38,063 nt of DNA from an uncultured Pseudomonadota bacterium (GCA_913020725.1 CAJWCD010000014.1:1-38063), one strand, 5' to 3'; counted from the stretch's first letter, positions 1 to 10,947 are shown. The notes: a model not told the origin generated them from the letters alone. Translations and numbers: made by a program.

Positions 1-853
1 GGCCCCCGGTGGAGGCCGTGGCCTCAATCCCTCCCGAAAAATGTGGACTAAATCCACGCTTCTTGATCATCGGAATTGTCATCACACCCGTACCCACCAC
101 ATTGGCAACCGCGACCCCGGACATAGTGCCGAACAGGCTGGAAGCCAGCACTGCGGCATGGGCGGGGCCACCTCGGGTGCCTTTAGTCAGGCCGAATGCG
201 AGGCGAATCAGCGCATCCCCTACTCCAGTTGCTTCTAAAAGCGCCCCGAAAATGATGAAGGGGAAGACCGTGTAAATCACGGATTCAAAGAGGAATCCGA
301 GCATACCGCTTCCAAGGTTGAAGAGGATGTCCTCCGGAAATGAATCGACAAAGGAGCGGGGAATGATCTTGAGCAATCCGGGCCACCACTGTCCGGTGAA
401 GTAGTAGAGCGCAGAAACCACTCCAAAGATGGCTAGCGGCGCCCCCCAAACCCGCCAGCACAAAATCAGCACCACCGCTACTGCGGACAACGTCACCCAG
501 CCGTGGTAGTCATCAAAGAAAAACAGCCCATCTTGAATCTCGATGTTGACCATCGCAAACTCATAGCCCGCCCAAATCGACAAGCCCAAGACCGCAAGGT
601 CGATGAGTACCGCGATGAACAAAGGAAGCCTGAGTTTGCCACCAAGCGTTTGCAGGGTGAAACCCACGCTGCAAAGCACCACCACCACCGCCCCAGTGAA
701 CATCCCGGACCGCAGGTACTCCGCAGGCAAGGGGCCGAACTTGGGGATGATCCAGACGCTGGGCATGGAATTGACCATCGCGGTCAACGACATGCCCAAA
801 CACACCAGCGCTGCGATGAACTTGGCGACAGTGGCAACGGGGGTGGTGGCCAT
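1..853 (-). CDS. TRAP transporter fused permease (4TM/12TM, TAXI-associated), 5' part; runs off the window
   Basis: Not in the ORF track. Hand translation from ATG 853 is open to base 1: MATTPVATVAKFIAALV...FIIFGALLEATG...RGGPAHAAVLASSLFGTMSGVAVANVVGTGVMTIPMIKKRGF...IEATASTGG, the fused DctQM signature. Starts 16 nt after the binding-protein gene. Confidence 0.92.
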   Translation of the reverse strand, partial: MATTPVATVAKFIAALVCLGMSLTAMVNSMPSVWIIPKFGPLPAEYLRSGMFTGAVVVVLCSVGFTLQTLGGKLRLPLFIAVLIDLAVLGLSIWAGYEFAMVNIEIQDGLFFFDDYHGWVTLSAVAVVLILCWRVWGAPLAIFGVVSALYYFTGQWWPGLLKIIPRSFVDSFPEDILFNLGSGMLGFLFESVIYTVFPFIIFGALLEATGVGDALIRLAFGLTKGTRGGPAHAAVLASSLFGTMSGVAVANVVGTGVMTIPMIKKRGFSPHFSGGIEATASTGG

Positions 854-869
854 TTTTTTGAACTCTTGG

Positions 870-1907
870 TTACTTGAGTTCCGGCGGAATCAGGTTCGCA
901 GGAACGTCAAACCCCGCTTCCTTGTAATACTTATACGCCCCAATGTGCAAGGGGATGTTGAGTCCGGTGAAGGCGGTTTCCTTCGCCAGCTTGCCGAGGG
1001 TGCGGTCGCCCGCTCTGATCTCAGCAACATTTTCCCAGAACGCCTTGGTCACGGTGTACACTGCGTCTTCGTCAACATGATGCCCCACGATCTTGATGAG
1101 CGCAAAGGCCGGAAGCCGGATTTCAGTGGTTTCGGTGAGAACCCCATCCCCGTAGTGCTTTTTCACGTTGATCTTGCCGGGATAGCGACCCACGGCGCCG
1201 ATGTATTTCTTCATTGCCGGGCTTTCTAAATCGGCCTCGGAAATGGAGAGGAAGCGCAACTGGCGGATTCCCATGAGTTCCTCGACCATGGCGGACGGCA
1301 CCTGTAGCGGACGCATGTAGACGTCCAACTGCCCATCACGCATGGCCTGCTGTCCGCCACCCCATGCCAGACGAACGGCTTCATAGTCCTTGTTCGGTTC
1401 GAAACCCGTCATCACCCGAATGAACTGCTCGGAGTTCTGGGCGGCGGCTCCGGAGGGTGGCCCCGTGAAGATGCGCTTGCCTTTGAACTGTTCCCACTTG
1501 GTGATGCCACTGTTAGCCCAAACCACCGGGGTATAGACTCCGCACTCAAAGCCCAAGATGCCCCGCAAGTTGGCGGCGAGTTGCTTGCCTTTTTCCGCGC
1601 CCAGCTTCTTGTACATGGCGGCGCCCCGCTGCATCAGGACATAGGGAAATGGGACAAAGGTGGAGAAATCCAACTTGCCCTGCGCGACCAGAATCCCAGA
1701 CTTGGTCAGGGTTTTGCCCGTAGCCAACTGGATGTCCACCCCGGCGTGTTTGGCGTATTTCACCAACGGCATGCCGGTGGAGACCGTACAGCCGCCGGGA
1801 CCCGCGATTTCCATCGTAAAGGTTCGTGCGCTGGCCCCGGTGGTCAGCGCCACAGAAACGGCAAGGCCGGCAGCCGCCGCTAAACTCTTCTTCAATAAGG
1901 TTTTCAT
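870..1907 (-). CDS. TAXI-family TRAP solute-binding protein
   Basis: Start moved to ATG 1907 (GAGGGA upstream; signal peptide MKTLLKK...ASA). TAXI-like segments SGITKWEQFKGKRIFTGPPSGA, VDEDAVYTVTKAFWEN, IPLHIGAYKYYKEAG. Confidence 0.88.
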   Translation of the reverse strand: MKTLLKKSLAAAAGLAVSVALTTGASARTFTMEIAGPGGCTVSTGMPLVKYAKHAGVDIQLATGKTLTKSGILVAQGKLDFSTFVPFPYVLMQRGAAMYKKLGAEKGKQLAANLRGILGFECGVYTPVVWANSGITKWEQFKGKRIFTGPPSGAAAQNSEQFIRVMTGFEPNKDYEAVRLAWGGGQQAMRDGQLDVYMRPLQVPSAMVEELMGIRQLRFLSISEADLESPAMKKYIGAVGRYPGKINVKKHYGDGVLTETTEIRLPAFALIKIVGHHVDEDAVYTVTKAFWENVAEIRAGDRTLGKLAKETAFTGLNIPLHIGAYKYYKEAGFDVPANLIPPELK

Positions 1908-1964
1908 TCGTCTTCCCTCAGATTGTTGATTGAAAAAAAGCGCCCTGTTCGCGGACACGTTGGT

Positions 1965-2030
1965 TATGTCAACTCCCTTAGTTAACATATTAAACCGTGT
2001 GGACTATACAACAGGCACAAGGATTTGCAA
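1965..2030 (-). promoter_or_regulatory. Putative sigma70 promoter of the TRAP operon with a downstream inverted-repeat operator
   Basis: Minus strand TTGCAA (2030-2025), 16 nt spacer, TATAGT (2008-2003). Inverted repeat TATGTCAACT-N5-AGTTAACATA at 1965-1989 (one mismatch). Confidence 0.5.
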
Positions 2031-2221
2031 CTCATTTCGACTAAATTCTTGGATTTTTCTTCCGTGAATTCACGTTTGCTTTCGCGCCAGTGGTCGTTAT
2101 CATAGGCACACCCTTGGCTTTGCTGTTGTCCGTCAAGAACTTGGCTCTGAAGCATGGAAAGGGTTCTGCCCTCTAGCTGTAGGCTGGATTGGGGCATCTC
2201 ATCTTTGCAGTCTCCCTGTCC

Positions 2222-4195
2222 ATGAATCACGAAATCCCCATGCTCAACGACCTCTTGGTCGTGATCCTGTTTTCCTTGCCGGTGCTGTTTTTGTTCCGCA
2301 GAATCGGTTTGTCTCCGGTGGCCGGGTTTGTCGCCGCCGGGGTGCTGATTGGCCCGCATGGACTGGGTTTGGTCAGCAGCCTTGATAATGTCGAGATCGC
2401 TGCAGAAATTGGAGTCGTGCTGCTGTTGTTTGTGGTGGGGTTGGAGCTTTCGTTGACGGGTTTGATGAAGACTCCGTGGCGCATCTATTTGACCGCGATT
2501 CTGCAAGTTTTGCTGACCTCCGCCGCCGGATTCTTTGCCGGAAGGGCGTTGGGACTTGCAACCGGGGCGGCCCTTGTCACGGGCTTTGCGCTCGCGGTGT
2601 CCTCTTCCGCCATTGTCCTGAAAGGTCTTGTTGACAAAGGGGAACTCCGCACCCCTCTTGGACGCGGAGTTGTGACCATCTGTGTGGTGCAGGATTTCGC
2701 GATTGTGCCGATGATGCTGGTCGTTAGTATCCTTGTTTCCGGACAGGCCGACCTGAACACCATCGGCATCAAAGTTATCAAGGTCGCCGTTCTCGTTGCC
2801 GCTCTCTACCTGTTTGCCCGCTTCATCCTCCCGGCCTTGATGAACTGGATGGTCGGCATGCGTTCTCCGGAGGTGTTCCTGCTGTTCACGATTCTGGTGT
2901 TACTTGGCACCACTTGGGCCACTTCTCTGGCCGGGCTTTCTTGGGCGTTGGGCGCCTTTGCGGCAGGGTTGATTCTTTCAGAGAATGAATACTCCGCACA
3001 GATTTTAGCGGAAATCGTGCCCTTTCACTCGCTGTTCTCCAGCCTCTTCTTTGTCTCCATCGGCATGCTGCTCAATCTTGAATTCGTGATGCAGCATCTG
3101 GCTCCGGTCCTTGCGGTCGCCGTTGGAGTGATCCTCGCCAAAATGCTCATCATCGTCATCGTCAGCACACCGCTGGGCATCTCGCTACGTGAAAGCATGC
3201 AGGGGGGGTTCTACCTAGCACAAATCGGAGAGTTCTCCTTCCTGTTAATGACTGCGGCTCTGATTGGCAACTTGATCAGCGAAACGAATTTCCAGTACTT
3301 TATTGCAGCCTCCAGCCTGTCCCTCGCCGTCACTCCTTTGATCATGCAGTTGGCCCCTCATATCGCGTGGTACGCTCACTCCCGTTTTGGCACTGGAGTC
3401 AAAAACAAGCAAGACGCGCCAACGACCCAACCCTCCCGCCCTCACCCGGCGGTACTGATCATCGGCTATGGCGTGAACGGACGCAATGTGGCGCGGGTGC
3501 TGCGCGAAGCCGGCATCCATCATGAAATCCTTGAGTACAATCCCAATACTGTGCGGGACATCCGCGCCTCCGGAGAGCTGGCTCATTACGGAGACGCCAC
3601 CCGTTCCGAGGTGCTGCGGCATATCCGCTTCACCGAATTCGACAGCGCAGTCATCGCCATCCCGGAAGCGGAAGCGACCCGCCGTGCGGTCTCCATCATG
3701 CGCAGTTTGCATCCCGACGTGTACCTCTTGGCTCGCACCCGCTTCGTCACCGAGGTCGAACAGCTTCAGAAACTTGGGGCGAACGTCGTGGTTCCAGAAG
3801 AATTCGAGACTTCGCTGAGGCTCTTTTCCGAACTGCTGACCCACTATCATCTGCCTCCGCATATCATTGCGGTGCAGATGGACTTGGTGCGCCGACGCAG
3901 CTACGGGCTGTTGCGATCCGATGACGAACCCGGAAGCCTTGACCGCGCACTGCAACCCCTCTTGATGAAACGCTTGGTGGAAGCCGTGCCCATTGCCCCG
4001 GATTGCAAGCAAATCGGCAAAACACTCGGCGAACTTGGTTTTCGGGAGGGAGAACGCTGTTCGGTGATTTCCGTCATCCGAGGTTCTCGCCCCCTTCCCG
4101 CCCCCTATGAGGACACCGTCATCGCAGCCAACGACCTCGTGGTGCTTTATGGCGATCACGCCGCGCTCGACTCCGCCCTGAAGCGGTTTCACTGA
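2222..4195 (+). CDS. CPA2-family cation:proton antiporter (Kef-like) with TrkA-N and TrkA-C domains
   Basis: Hydrophobic N-domain with AEIGVVLLLFVVGLELS, ALGAFAAGLILSE, LAQIGEFSF; IIGYGVNG Rossmann motif, YGDAT, VVPEEFETSL. Start may be 2222 or 2240. Confidence 0.9.
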   Translation: MNHEIPMLNDLLVVILFSLPVLFLFRRIGLSPVAGFVAAGVLIGPHGLGLVSSLDNVEIAAEIGVVLLLFVVGLELSLTGLMKTPWRIYLTAILQVLLTSAAGFFAGRALGLATGAALVTGFALAVSSSAIVLKGLVDKGELRTPLGRGVVTICVVQDFAIVPMMLVVSILVSGQADLNTIGIKVIKVAVLVAALYLFARFILPALMNWMVGMRSPEVFLLFTILVLLGTTWATSLAGLSWALGAFAAGLILSENEYSAQILAEIVPFHSLFSSLFFVSIGMLLNLEFVMQHLAPVLAVAVGVILAKMLIIVIVSTPLGISLRESMQGGFYLAQIGEFSFLLMTAALIGNLISETNFQYFIAASSLSLAVTPLIMQLAPHIAWYAHSRFGTGVKNKQDAPTTQPSRPHPAVLIIGYGVNGRNVARVLREAGIHHEILEYNPNTVRDIRASGELAHYGDATRSEVLRHIRFTEFDSAVIAIPEAEATRRAVSIMRSLHPDVYLLARTRFVTEVEQLQKLGANVVVPEEFETSLRLFSELLTHYHLPPHIIAVQMDLVRRRSYGLLRSDDEPGSLDRALQPLLMKRLVEAVPIAPDCKQIGKTLGELGFREGERCSVISVIRGSRPLPAPYEDTVIAANDLVVLYGDHAALDSALKRFH

Positions 4196-4240
4196 CGAGG
4201 CATCAACTCGGTCTTTTCTTGTACGGCTGGAGCTGCACGT

Positions 4241-4654
4241 TCAGGACGGCAGCAGCCAGTTTTCCAGAACCAAGCCCTCAACCCGAGAGAACTCGTTGGT
4301 GTTGGCGGTCACCAACACAAGCCCCTCGGTGAGGGTTTGTCCCACAATCAACAGATCGTTTGCGCCAACCGGTGTGCCGTTTCTTTCCAGATGGGTGCGG
4401 ATGCGGGCGTAGTGGTGGTCGGTTTCGGGGCGCAATGGCAGGATTTCCAGCACACCCAACAACTGCTCGACTTTGCGGGTGAGATTGGGTGCGTTTTTCT
4501 TGAAGGCTCCGTAGCGGAGTTCGCAGGCGACAATGATGCTGGTGCAGACGGAGCTTTCCGAAACCTCGGCGATGCGATGGAAAACCAGCCCCTCCGGATT
4601 CCGGATCAGGTCAGAAAGGATATTGGTGTCGAGCAGATAGCGCCGTTCCGGCAT
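4241..4654 (-). CDS. vapC: Type II TA toxin, VapC PIN-domain ribonuclease
   Basis: YLLDTNILS, ELRYG, GANDLLI, LVTANTNEFSRVEGL-LENW PIN motifs. Confidence 0.92.
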   Translation of the reverse strand: MPERRYLLDTNILSDLIRNPEGLVFHRIAEVSESSVCTSIIVACELRYGAFKKNAPNLTRKVEQLLGVLEILPLRPETDHHYARIRTHLERNGTPVGANDLLIVGQTLTEGLVLVTANTNEFSRVEGLVLENWLLPS

Positions 4655-4886
4655 GTCTCAACTCGACGGGTTCGGGAAGGAAATCCGTCACTTCCGGAAA
4701 GTTCTCACTGGAGCCTTTCCATGAGTGAAGCACCTCAAACAGGGATTGCTTTGGGAGCGGTTCCAGCACCAAGCGATCCCCCTCCTTCCGAAGGATCGCC
4801 TCGTTGCCGGGCAACTCAAAGCTGCGGGGAATGCGCACCGCTTGGTTGCGACCGTTTCTGAAAAGTCGGACTTGGCGTTCAAGCAT
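4611..4886 (-). CDS. vapB: Type II TA antitoxin, AbrB/MazE-fold VapB (VagC-like)
   Basis: LFRNGRNQAVRIPRSFELPGNEAILRKEGDRLVLEP signature; immediately upstream of vapC. Confidence 0.9.
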   Translation of the reverse strand: MLERQVRLFRNGRNQAVRIPRSFELPGNEAILRKEGDRLVLEPLPKQSLFEVLHSWKGSSENFPEVTDFLPEPVELRHAGTALSARHQYPF

Positions 4887-4909
4887 CGTATCTCTCTATT
4901 TCCGCAAAA

Positions 4910-4944
4910 TGGCCTATGCTAATTGCAACCATCGAGGTTGTCAA
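4910..4944 (-). promoter_or_regulatory. Putative vapBC sigma70 promoter with overlapping palindromes
   Basis: TTGACA (4944-4939), 17 nt spacer, TAGCAT (4921-4916). CAACC-N5-GGTTG at 4926-4940 and an imperfect palindrome TGGCCTATGCTA at 4910-4921. Confidence 0.6.
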
Positions 4945-6010
4945 AATAAACCACGCCCTCAAAGAGCTTGCGGGCAGTCCGGAGGATCGCGGCCTTGCGG
5001 ACATTGGGGGTTCCTCCTTTCCAGCAAACGTCCATGATCACGCTGGTTTCGCCAAGGGGATGCTCCACCGAAACCGTCAGTTCTGCACCTTCCGGAAGTT
5101 CGGCGAGTTGTCCGGCGGGGGATTCGGTGAACATGCAGGCCGTCGCCACGCTCACGGCCCCCAGCACACCAATGGAGGCGTGGCAGCGGTGCGGGATGAA
5201 GGTGCGGGTGGTGATGGCTCCGCCGTTGCTGGGTGGGGACACGAGCGTCATTTTTGGTACCGACTTTTCCCGAACATCGCCGAGATTCATGAGGGGTCCG
5301 ACTTGGAGACGAATGGATTCGAGCTTCTGTTTAAGAGCTTCATTTCCATCCAGTTCTTCACGGCTTTCAGATCCAGAAATCCCCAAGTCCTCTGCCCTCA
5401 GCACCACGACAGGCATTCCGTTGTCGATGCACGTCACCTCAACGCCATCAATCACGTCCACAGCGTTTCCGGTGGGCAGCAAAGCTCCGCAGCTTGATCC
5501 GGAGGCCTCCGGGAAGTTCTGCAACACGGGTGCAGCCCTGCCCGGAACCCCGTCAATGCAGGCGTCTCCAGCGTAGGTCACGGCGCGTCCGGGAGTTTGG
5601 ATCGTCACGGTCGCCACCTGAGCGCTGTTGACGAGGTAAACCTTCACATCCGTGCTACCCTCGTCCAACTTGATCAGCTTTTTTTCTGCGGCGAACTGCG
5701 CCACTCCGGAGAGGATGTTTCCGCAGTTTTGCGTATCCGTGACGATGGGTTGATCGACAAACACTTGCAGGAACAGGTAATCGACATCCACTCCCTCGCG
5801 CATGGAGCGGGACACCATCGCCACTTTGCTCGTGAGAGGATCGGCCCCGCCGATGCCATCAATCTGTCGGGGATCGGGTGAACCCAGCACGGAGAGCAAC
5901 AAGGCGTCACGCTCAGCGATTTCTGTGGGCAAGTCCTCTTGTAGAAAGAACGCCCCCTTGGAGGTTCCACCCCGCATCCAAGTGCAGGGGATGGCCTGTG
6001 GTTCTGGCAT
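4919..6010 (-). CDS. ligU: 4-oxalomesaconate tautomerase (PrpF family; LigU/GalD/FldA)
   Basis: MRGGTSKG, GSPDPRQIDGIGGADPLTSKVA, QNCGNI, FIPHRCHASIGVLGAVSVATA; lig context. Confidence 0.9.
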   Translation of the reverse strand: MPEPQAIPCTWMRGGTSKGAFFLQEDLPTEIAERDALLLSVLGSPDPRQIDGIGGADPLTSKVAMVSRSMREGVDVDYLFLQVFVDQPIVTDTQNCGNILSGVAQFAAEKKLIKLDEGSTDVKVYLVNSAQVATVTIQTPGRAVTYAGDACIDGVPGRAAPVLQNFPEASGSSCGALLPTGNAVDVIDGVEVTCIDNGMPVVVLRAEDLGISGSESREELDGNEALKQKLESIRLQVGPLMNLGDVREKSVPKMTLVSPPSNGGAITTRTFIPHRCHASIGVLGAVSVATACMFTESPAGQLAELPEGAELTVSVEHPLGETSVIMDVCWKGGTPNVRKAAILRTARKLFEGVVYFDNLDGCN

Positions 6011-6025
6011 GGGACTCCGTTAGAT

Positions 6026-7048
6026 TTAGCGACTCAGCCGCGTGGTGAGTCGGCTGAAAACACGCTGCGAGTTGCCTTCAAAGATCAACTTGCGCTCCGT
6101 GTCGTTCAGTTTGGGGTTGCCATCGATGTAGCGTTTGGTGTCATCAAAGTAGTGTCCGGTTTCCGGATCAATGCCACGCACCGCACCCACCATTTCCGAG
6201 GCAAAGAGAATGTTTTCGGTAGGGATTACTTCGAGCAGCAGGTCAATGCCGGGCTGGTGATAAACGCAGGTGTCGAAGAAGATGTTGTTGAGTAGCAATT
6301 CCTGCAAGGGCGGCTTGCCCATCATGTCCGCCAAACCCCGGAAACGCCCCCAATGGTAAGGCACGGCCCCACCGCCGTGCGGGATGATAAGCTTGAGCGT
6401 GGGAAAATCCTTAAAGAGGTCCGAGGTCATGCACTGCATCACCGCCGTGGTGTCCGCACCGAGGTAGTGTGACCCCGTGGTGTGGAAGCACGGATTGCAG
6501 GCGGCGCTGACGTGGATCATCGCCGGAACGTCCAGTTCCACCAGCTTTTCGTAGAGCGGATACCAGAAGCGGTCACCTAACGGTGGATCGGTCCAGTAGC
6601 CTCCGGACGGGTCCGGATTGAGGTTGCAACCGATAAAGCCGAGTTCATTGACGCAGCGTTCCAATTCTGCGATGCAGGCCGTGGGCGCGATTCCGGGGGA
6701 CTGCGGCAATTGGGCCACGCCGACAAAATTCTCCGAATAAAGTTCGGTGATGCGATAGATCAAATCGTTGCAGTGTTCCGTCCAGCAGACGCTTGTGGAT
6801 TCATTGCCGAGGTGGTGCCCCATCCAACTTGCACGAGGCGAGAAGATCGTCAAATCAGTGCCGCGCTCGCGCTGGAGCTTGAGCTGCGCCCCTGTGAGGC
6901 TGTCCCGGATTTGATCGTCCGAAATGCCAATCAGCCCTTTGATGTGCTGGTGCAATGGGTCTTTGGCGAGGTCAGCTTTTTGTTGCTCGCGGTACTCGCC
7001 GAGTTCCGGTGGGGTGGTGGTGTAATGTCCGTGGCAATCAATGATCAT
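6026..7048 (-). CDS. ligJ: 4-oxalomesaconate hydratase (amidohydrolase fold)
   Basis: [62 protein letters not shown]. Confidence 0.93.
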   Translation of the reverse strand: MIIDCHGHYTTTPPELGEYREQQKADLAKDPLHQHIKGLIGISDDQIRDSLTGAQLKLQRERGTDLTIFSPRASWMGHHLGNESTSVCWTEHCNDLIYRITELYSENFVGVAQLPQSPGIAPTACIAELERCVNELGFIGCNLNPDPSGGYWTDPPLGDRFWYPLYEKLVELDVPAMIHVSAACNPCFHTTGSHYLGADTTAVMQCMTSDLFKDFPTLKLIIPHGGGAVPYHWGRFRGLADMMGKPPLQELLLNNIFFDTCVYHQPGIDLLLEVIPTENILFASEMVGAVRGIDPETGHYFDDTKRYIDGNPKLNDTERKLIFEGNSQRVFSRLTTRLSR

Positions 7049-7752
7049 CAGGAAGCGTTCAGTTCTTCAGCGTTTTCAAAGTAAACCAGTCCGGCCTGTT
7101 CCAGCCGACCGCGCATGTTGTACATGTCGAGTCCAAGTTCTCCGGAGGCCAGCCGAGTGCGTTTTTCCTCTTCGTTGGCAGTTCGAGCCTGAGCTTTTTC
7201 CAACACGGCTTTCGCGGACTTGCGAGCAACGACCACCACTCCATCATCGTCGGCCACCACCACATCCCCCGGATGCACGGATTGTCCCGCGCAGACCACC
7301 GGCACATTCACGCTACCGAGGGTTTCCTTCACCGTGCCCTTTGCAGAAATGGCCCGAGACCAGACCGGAAATTTCATCGTCCGCAGGTCGCTGACATCCC
7401 GGACTCCCGTGTCGGTGATCAAGCCCCGCACCCCGCGTGACTGGCAGGAAGTGGCCAACAGATCGCCGAACATGCCGTCGGTGTTATCCGCTGTGCAGGC
7501 GACCACCAGCACGTCTCCGGGTTGGCAGAGTTCGAGGGCGACATGCACCATCCAGTTGTCTCCCGGTTGAGTCAGAATCGTGATCGCGCTTCCAGAAATG
7601 CTCGCACCCAGATAGATCGGACGCAGATACGGCTTGAGCAAACCCACGCGACCCTGCGCCTCGTGGACAGTGGCGACTCCGAGTTTGCCAAGTGAATCAA
7701 TGATTTCAGAATCCACCCGTTCGATGTTGCGGACGGCGACAGATTTAAACAT
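7048..7752 (-). CDS. ligK: 4-carboxy-4-hydroxy-2-oxoadipate aldolase (RraA-like)
   Basis: [51 protein letters not shown]. Confidence 0.93.
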   Translation of the reverse strand: MFKSVAVRNIERVDSEIIDSLGKLGVATVHEAQGRVGLLKPYLRPIYLGASISGSAITILTQPGDNWMVHVALELCQPGDVLVVACTADNTDGMFGDLLATSCQSRGVRGLITDTGVRDVSDLRTMKFPVWSRAISAKGTVKETLGSVNVPVVCAGQSVHPGDVVVADDDGVVVVARKSAKAVLEKAQARTANEEEKRTRLASGELGLDMYNMRGRLEQAGLVYFENAEELNAS

Positions 7753-7790
7753 GGTTCAATTCCGTTTGTTTCTGAGATTGGATGAGGCGG

Positions 7791-8687
7791 TCACAATTTG
7801 TGACCGCCTCTGCCTTTGAATCCATACAAGCGCGCAGGATTCTCGACCAAGACCTGCTGCCGCAGGGTTTCCGTGTCGCAGAGATCGAGGATGCGGTCCA
7901 CCAGTTGACCGTCATCCGGCATGTGGGATTTCATGTTCGGGTGCGGCCAGTCGGTTCCCCACAGCACCCGCTCCGGGACCGCTTCCAACAGTGCCCGCGC
8001 CACGGGATCAACATCGGTGTAAGGCGGACCTTGCTTGGAAAGCCGCTCGGCACAACTGATCTTGATCCAGAACTTTTCGTCCGAGACCAGCAGATCATGC
8101 AGCAACCCAAAGGTCCGACTGTTCGTGCCTTCCTCCACGGGGACACGCCCCATGTGGTCGATCACCACCGGAACCAGAATCTCGCGCAAAAAGGGGGCAA
8201 GTTCCTCTAAATCTTCCGAGTCGAAATAGACCACGACATGCCAGCCCAGCGGCTTGATTTTAGCAAGAATGCTGCGATAGACACTCAAGGGTTTGCCACC
8301 GCCAAGCCGCTTGACAAAATTGAAACGTACCCCACCCACTCCCGCTTCGTCCAGCTCAGTGAGTTCGGAATCGCTGATGTGATCGTCCACGATGGCGATA
8401 CCCTTGTAACGACTCCCCCCCTCCCGGAGGGCATTGACCAGAGCCCGATTGTCTGTGTCGTGACAACTGGCCTGCACGATCACCGCACGCTCCACGCCAA
8501 GCAAATGGTGCAATGCAAACAGCTTTTCCTTGGGCGCGTCTACCGGAATGTAAGAACTACTGGCGGCATACGGAAACACAGTTCCGGGGCCGAAGACGTG
8601 GCAATGGCTGTCGCACGACTGCGGCGGCAAGGCGTGATCCGGCTGCTTTGGATTGGGATGAAACGACAGGTAGTCCGGACTCGTCAT
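7791..8687 (-). CDS. ligI: 2-pyrone-4,6-dicarboxylate lactonase
   Basis: CDSHCHVFGP, IVQASCH, GVRFNFVKRL, VIDHMGR, WGTDWPHPNM. Start ATG 8687 overlaps the ligC stop (TGATG). Confidence 0.92.
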   Translation of the reverse strand: MTSPDYLSFHPNPKQPDHALPPQSCDSHCHVFGPGTVFPYAASSSYIPVDAPKEKLFALHHLLGVERAVIVQASCHDTDNRALVNALREGGSRYKGIAIVDDHISDSELTELDEAGVGGVRFNFVKRLGGGKPLSVYRSILAKIKPLGWHVVVYFDSEDLEELAPFLREILVPVVIDHMGRVPVEEGTNSRTFGLLHDLLVSDEKFWIKISCAERLSKQGPPYTDVDPVARALLEAVPERVLWGTDWPHPNMKSHMPDDGQLVDRILDLCDTETLRQQVLVENPARLYGFKGRGGHKL

Positions 8688-9634
8688 CACTGCCCCTCCA
8701 GGCATTTTTCGAGGCGATCCAGCGTCTGCATCGCGCTCAGGCACTGTTGGAAACTGGCGTTGGGTTCACGGCCTTCCCGGATGGCAGCGATGAATTCACG
8801 ATCGATCAGTTCGATGCCGTTCATAGAGACAGCCACCTGTGACACGTCAATCGGTTCTTCGCGTCCGTCCACCAAATCATCGTAACGGGCGCTGTAGGTG
8901 CCGTTGTCGCAGATGTAACGGAAAAAGGTGCCCAGTGGTCCATCGTTGTTGAACGAAAGTGAGAGGGTGCAGACGGCTCCGGACGGCACTTTCAGGCCGA
9001 TGCTCATGTCCATCGCAATGCCGAGTTCTGGATGCAGCGGCCCTTGCAGGGCGAAGACTTCGGAGGCGACTTCCCCAGTTTGGTATTGAAACAAATCGAC
9101 AGTGTGGCAGGCATGGTGCCAGAGCAGGTGATCCGTCCAACTACGGGGCTGGCCGAGCGCATTGAGATTCTTGCGGCGGAAGAAGAAGGTCTGCACGTCC
9201 ATTTGCTGAATGCTCAATTCGCCTGCCTTGATGCGATTGTGTACCCACTGGTGGCTTGGATTGAAACGGCGTGTGTGGCCGACCATGCCGACCCTGCCGG
9301 TTTCCTGCTGAACCGCCACCAGTGCTTCGGCATCAGCAAGATGGTCGGCCATCGGGATTTCCACCAAAACATGCTTGCCGGAGCGCAAGACCTGTTGAGC
9401 CTGACTGGCGTGCAGCGGAGTCGGCGTGGCGAGGATGACCCCCTTGATTCCTGGCTGCGACAGCCCTTCCTCCAAGTCGAGCGTCCACTTGGGAATGTTG
9501 TGCTTTTCGGCGGCTTGTTCCGTGGCCTCGGCCACGCCCCCAACGAGGGCGGCGACTTCCACACCTGCGATGTTGGCCAGTGCGTCCAGATGCTTGTTGG
9601 CGAAGGCTCCCTCGCCAACCATGCAAAGTTTCAT
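8687..9634 (-). CDS. ligC: 4-carboxy-2-hydroxymuconate-6-semialdehyde dehydrogenase (Gfo/Idh/MocA family)
   Basis: GKHVLVEIPMAD, GHTRRFNPSHQW, QMDVQTFFFRR, RSWTDHLLWHHACHTVDLF. Start set at ATG 9634, 4 nt after the ligB stop. Confidence 0.92.
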   Translation of the reverse strand: MKLCMVGEGAFANKHLDALANIAGVEVAALVGGVAEATEQAAEKHNIPKWTLDLEEGLSQPGIKGVILATPTPLHASQAQQVLRSGKHVLVEIPMADHLADAEALVAVQQETGRVGMVGHTRRFNPSHQWVHNRIKAGELSIQQMDVQTFFFRRKNLNALGQPRSWTDHLLWHHACHTVDLFQYQTGEVASEVFALQGPLHPELGIAMDMSIGLKVPSGAVCTLSLSFNNDGPLGTFFRYICDNGTYSARYDDLVDGREEPIDVSQVAVSMNGIELIDREFIAAIREGREPNASFQQCLSAMQTLDRLEKCLEGQ

Positions 9635-9638
9635 CGGT

Positions 9639-10881
<1,243 letters not shown>

Positions 10882-10907
10882 GGATTCTTGTCCGTGAGCA
10901 AGATTTC

Positions 10908-10941
10908 AAAACAAGACCCTTGACCAAATGGCCAAGGGTCT
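10908..10941 (-). terminator. Intrinsic-terminator-like hairpin between the oxygenase gene and ligA
   Basis: Minus strand AGACCCTTGGCC-ATTT-GGTCAAGGGTCT (12-bp stem with one G-U) followed by TGTTTT. Confidence 0.55.
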
Positions 10942-10947
10942 AAAATG

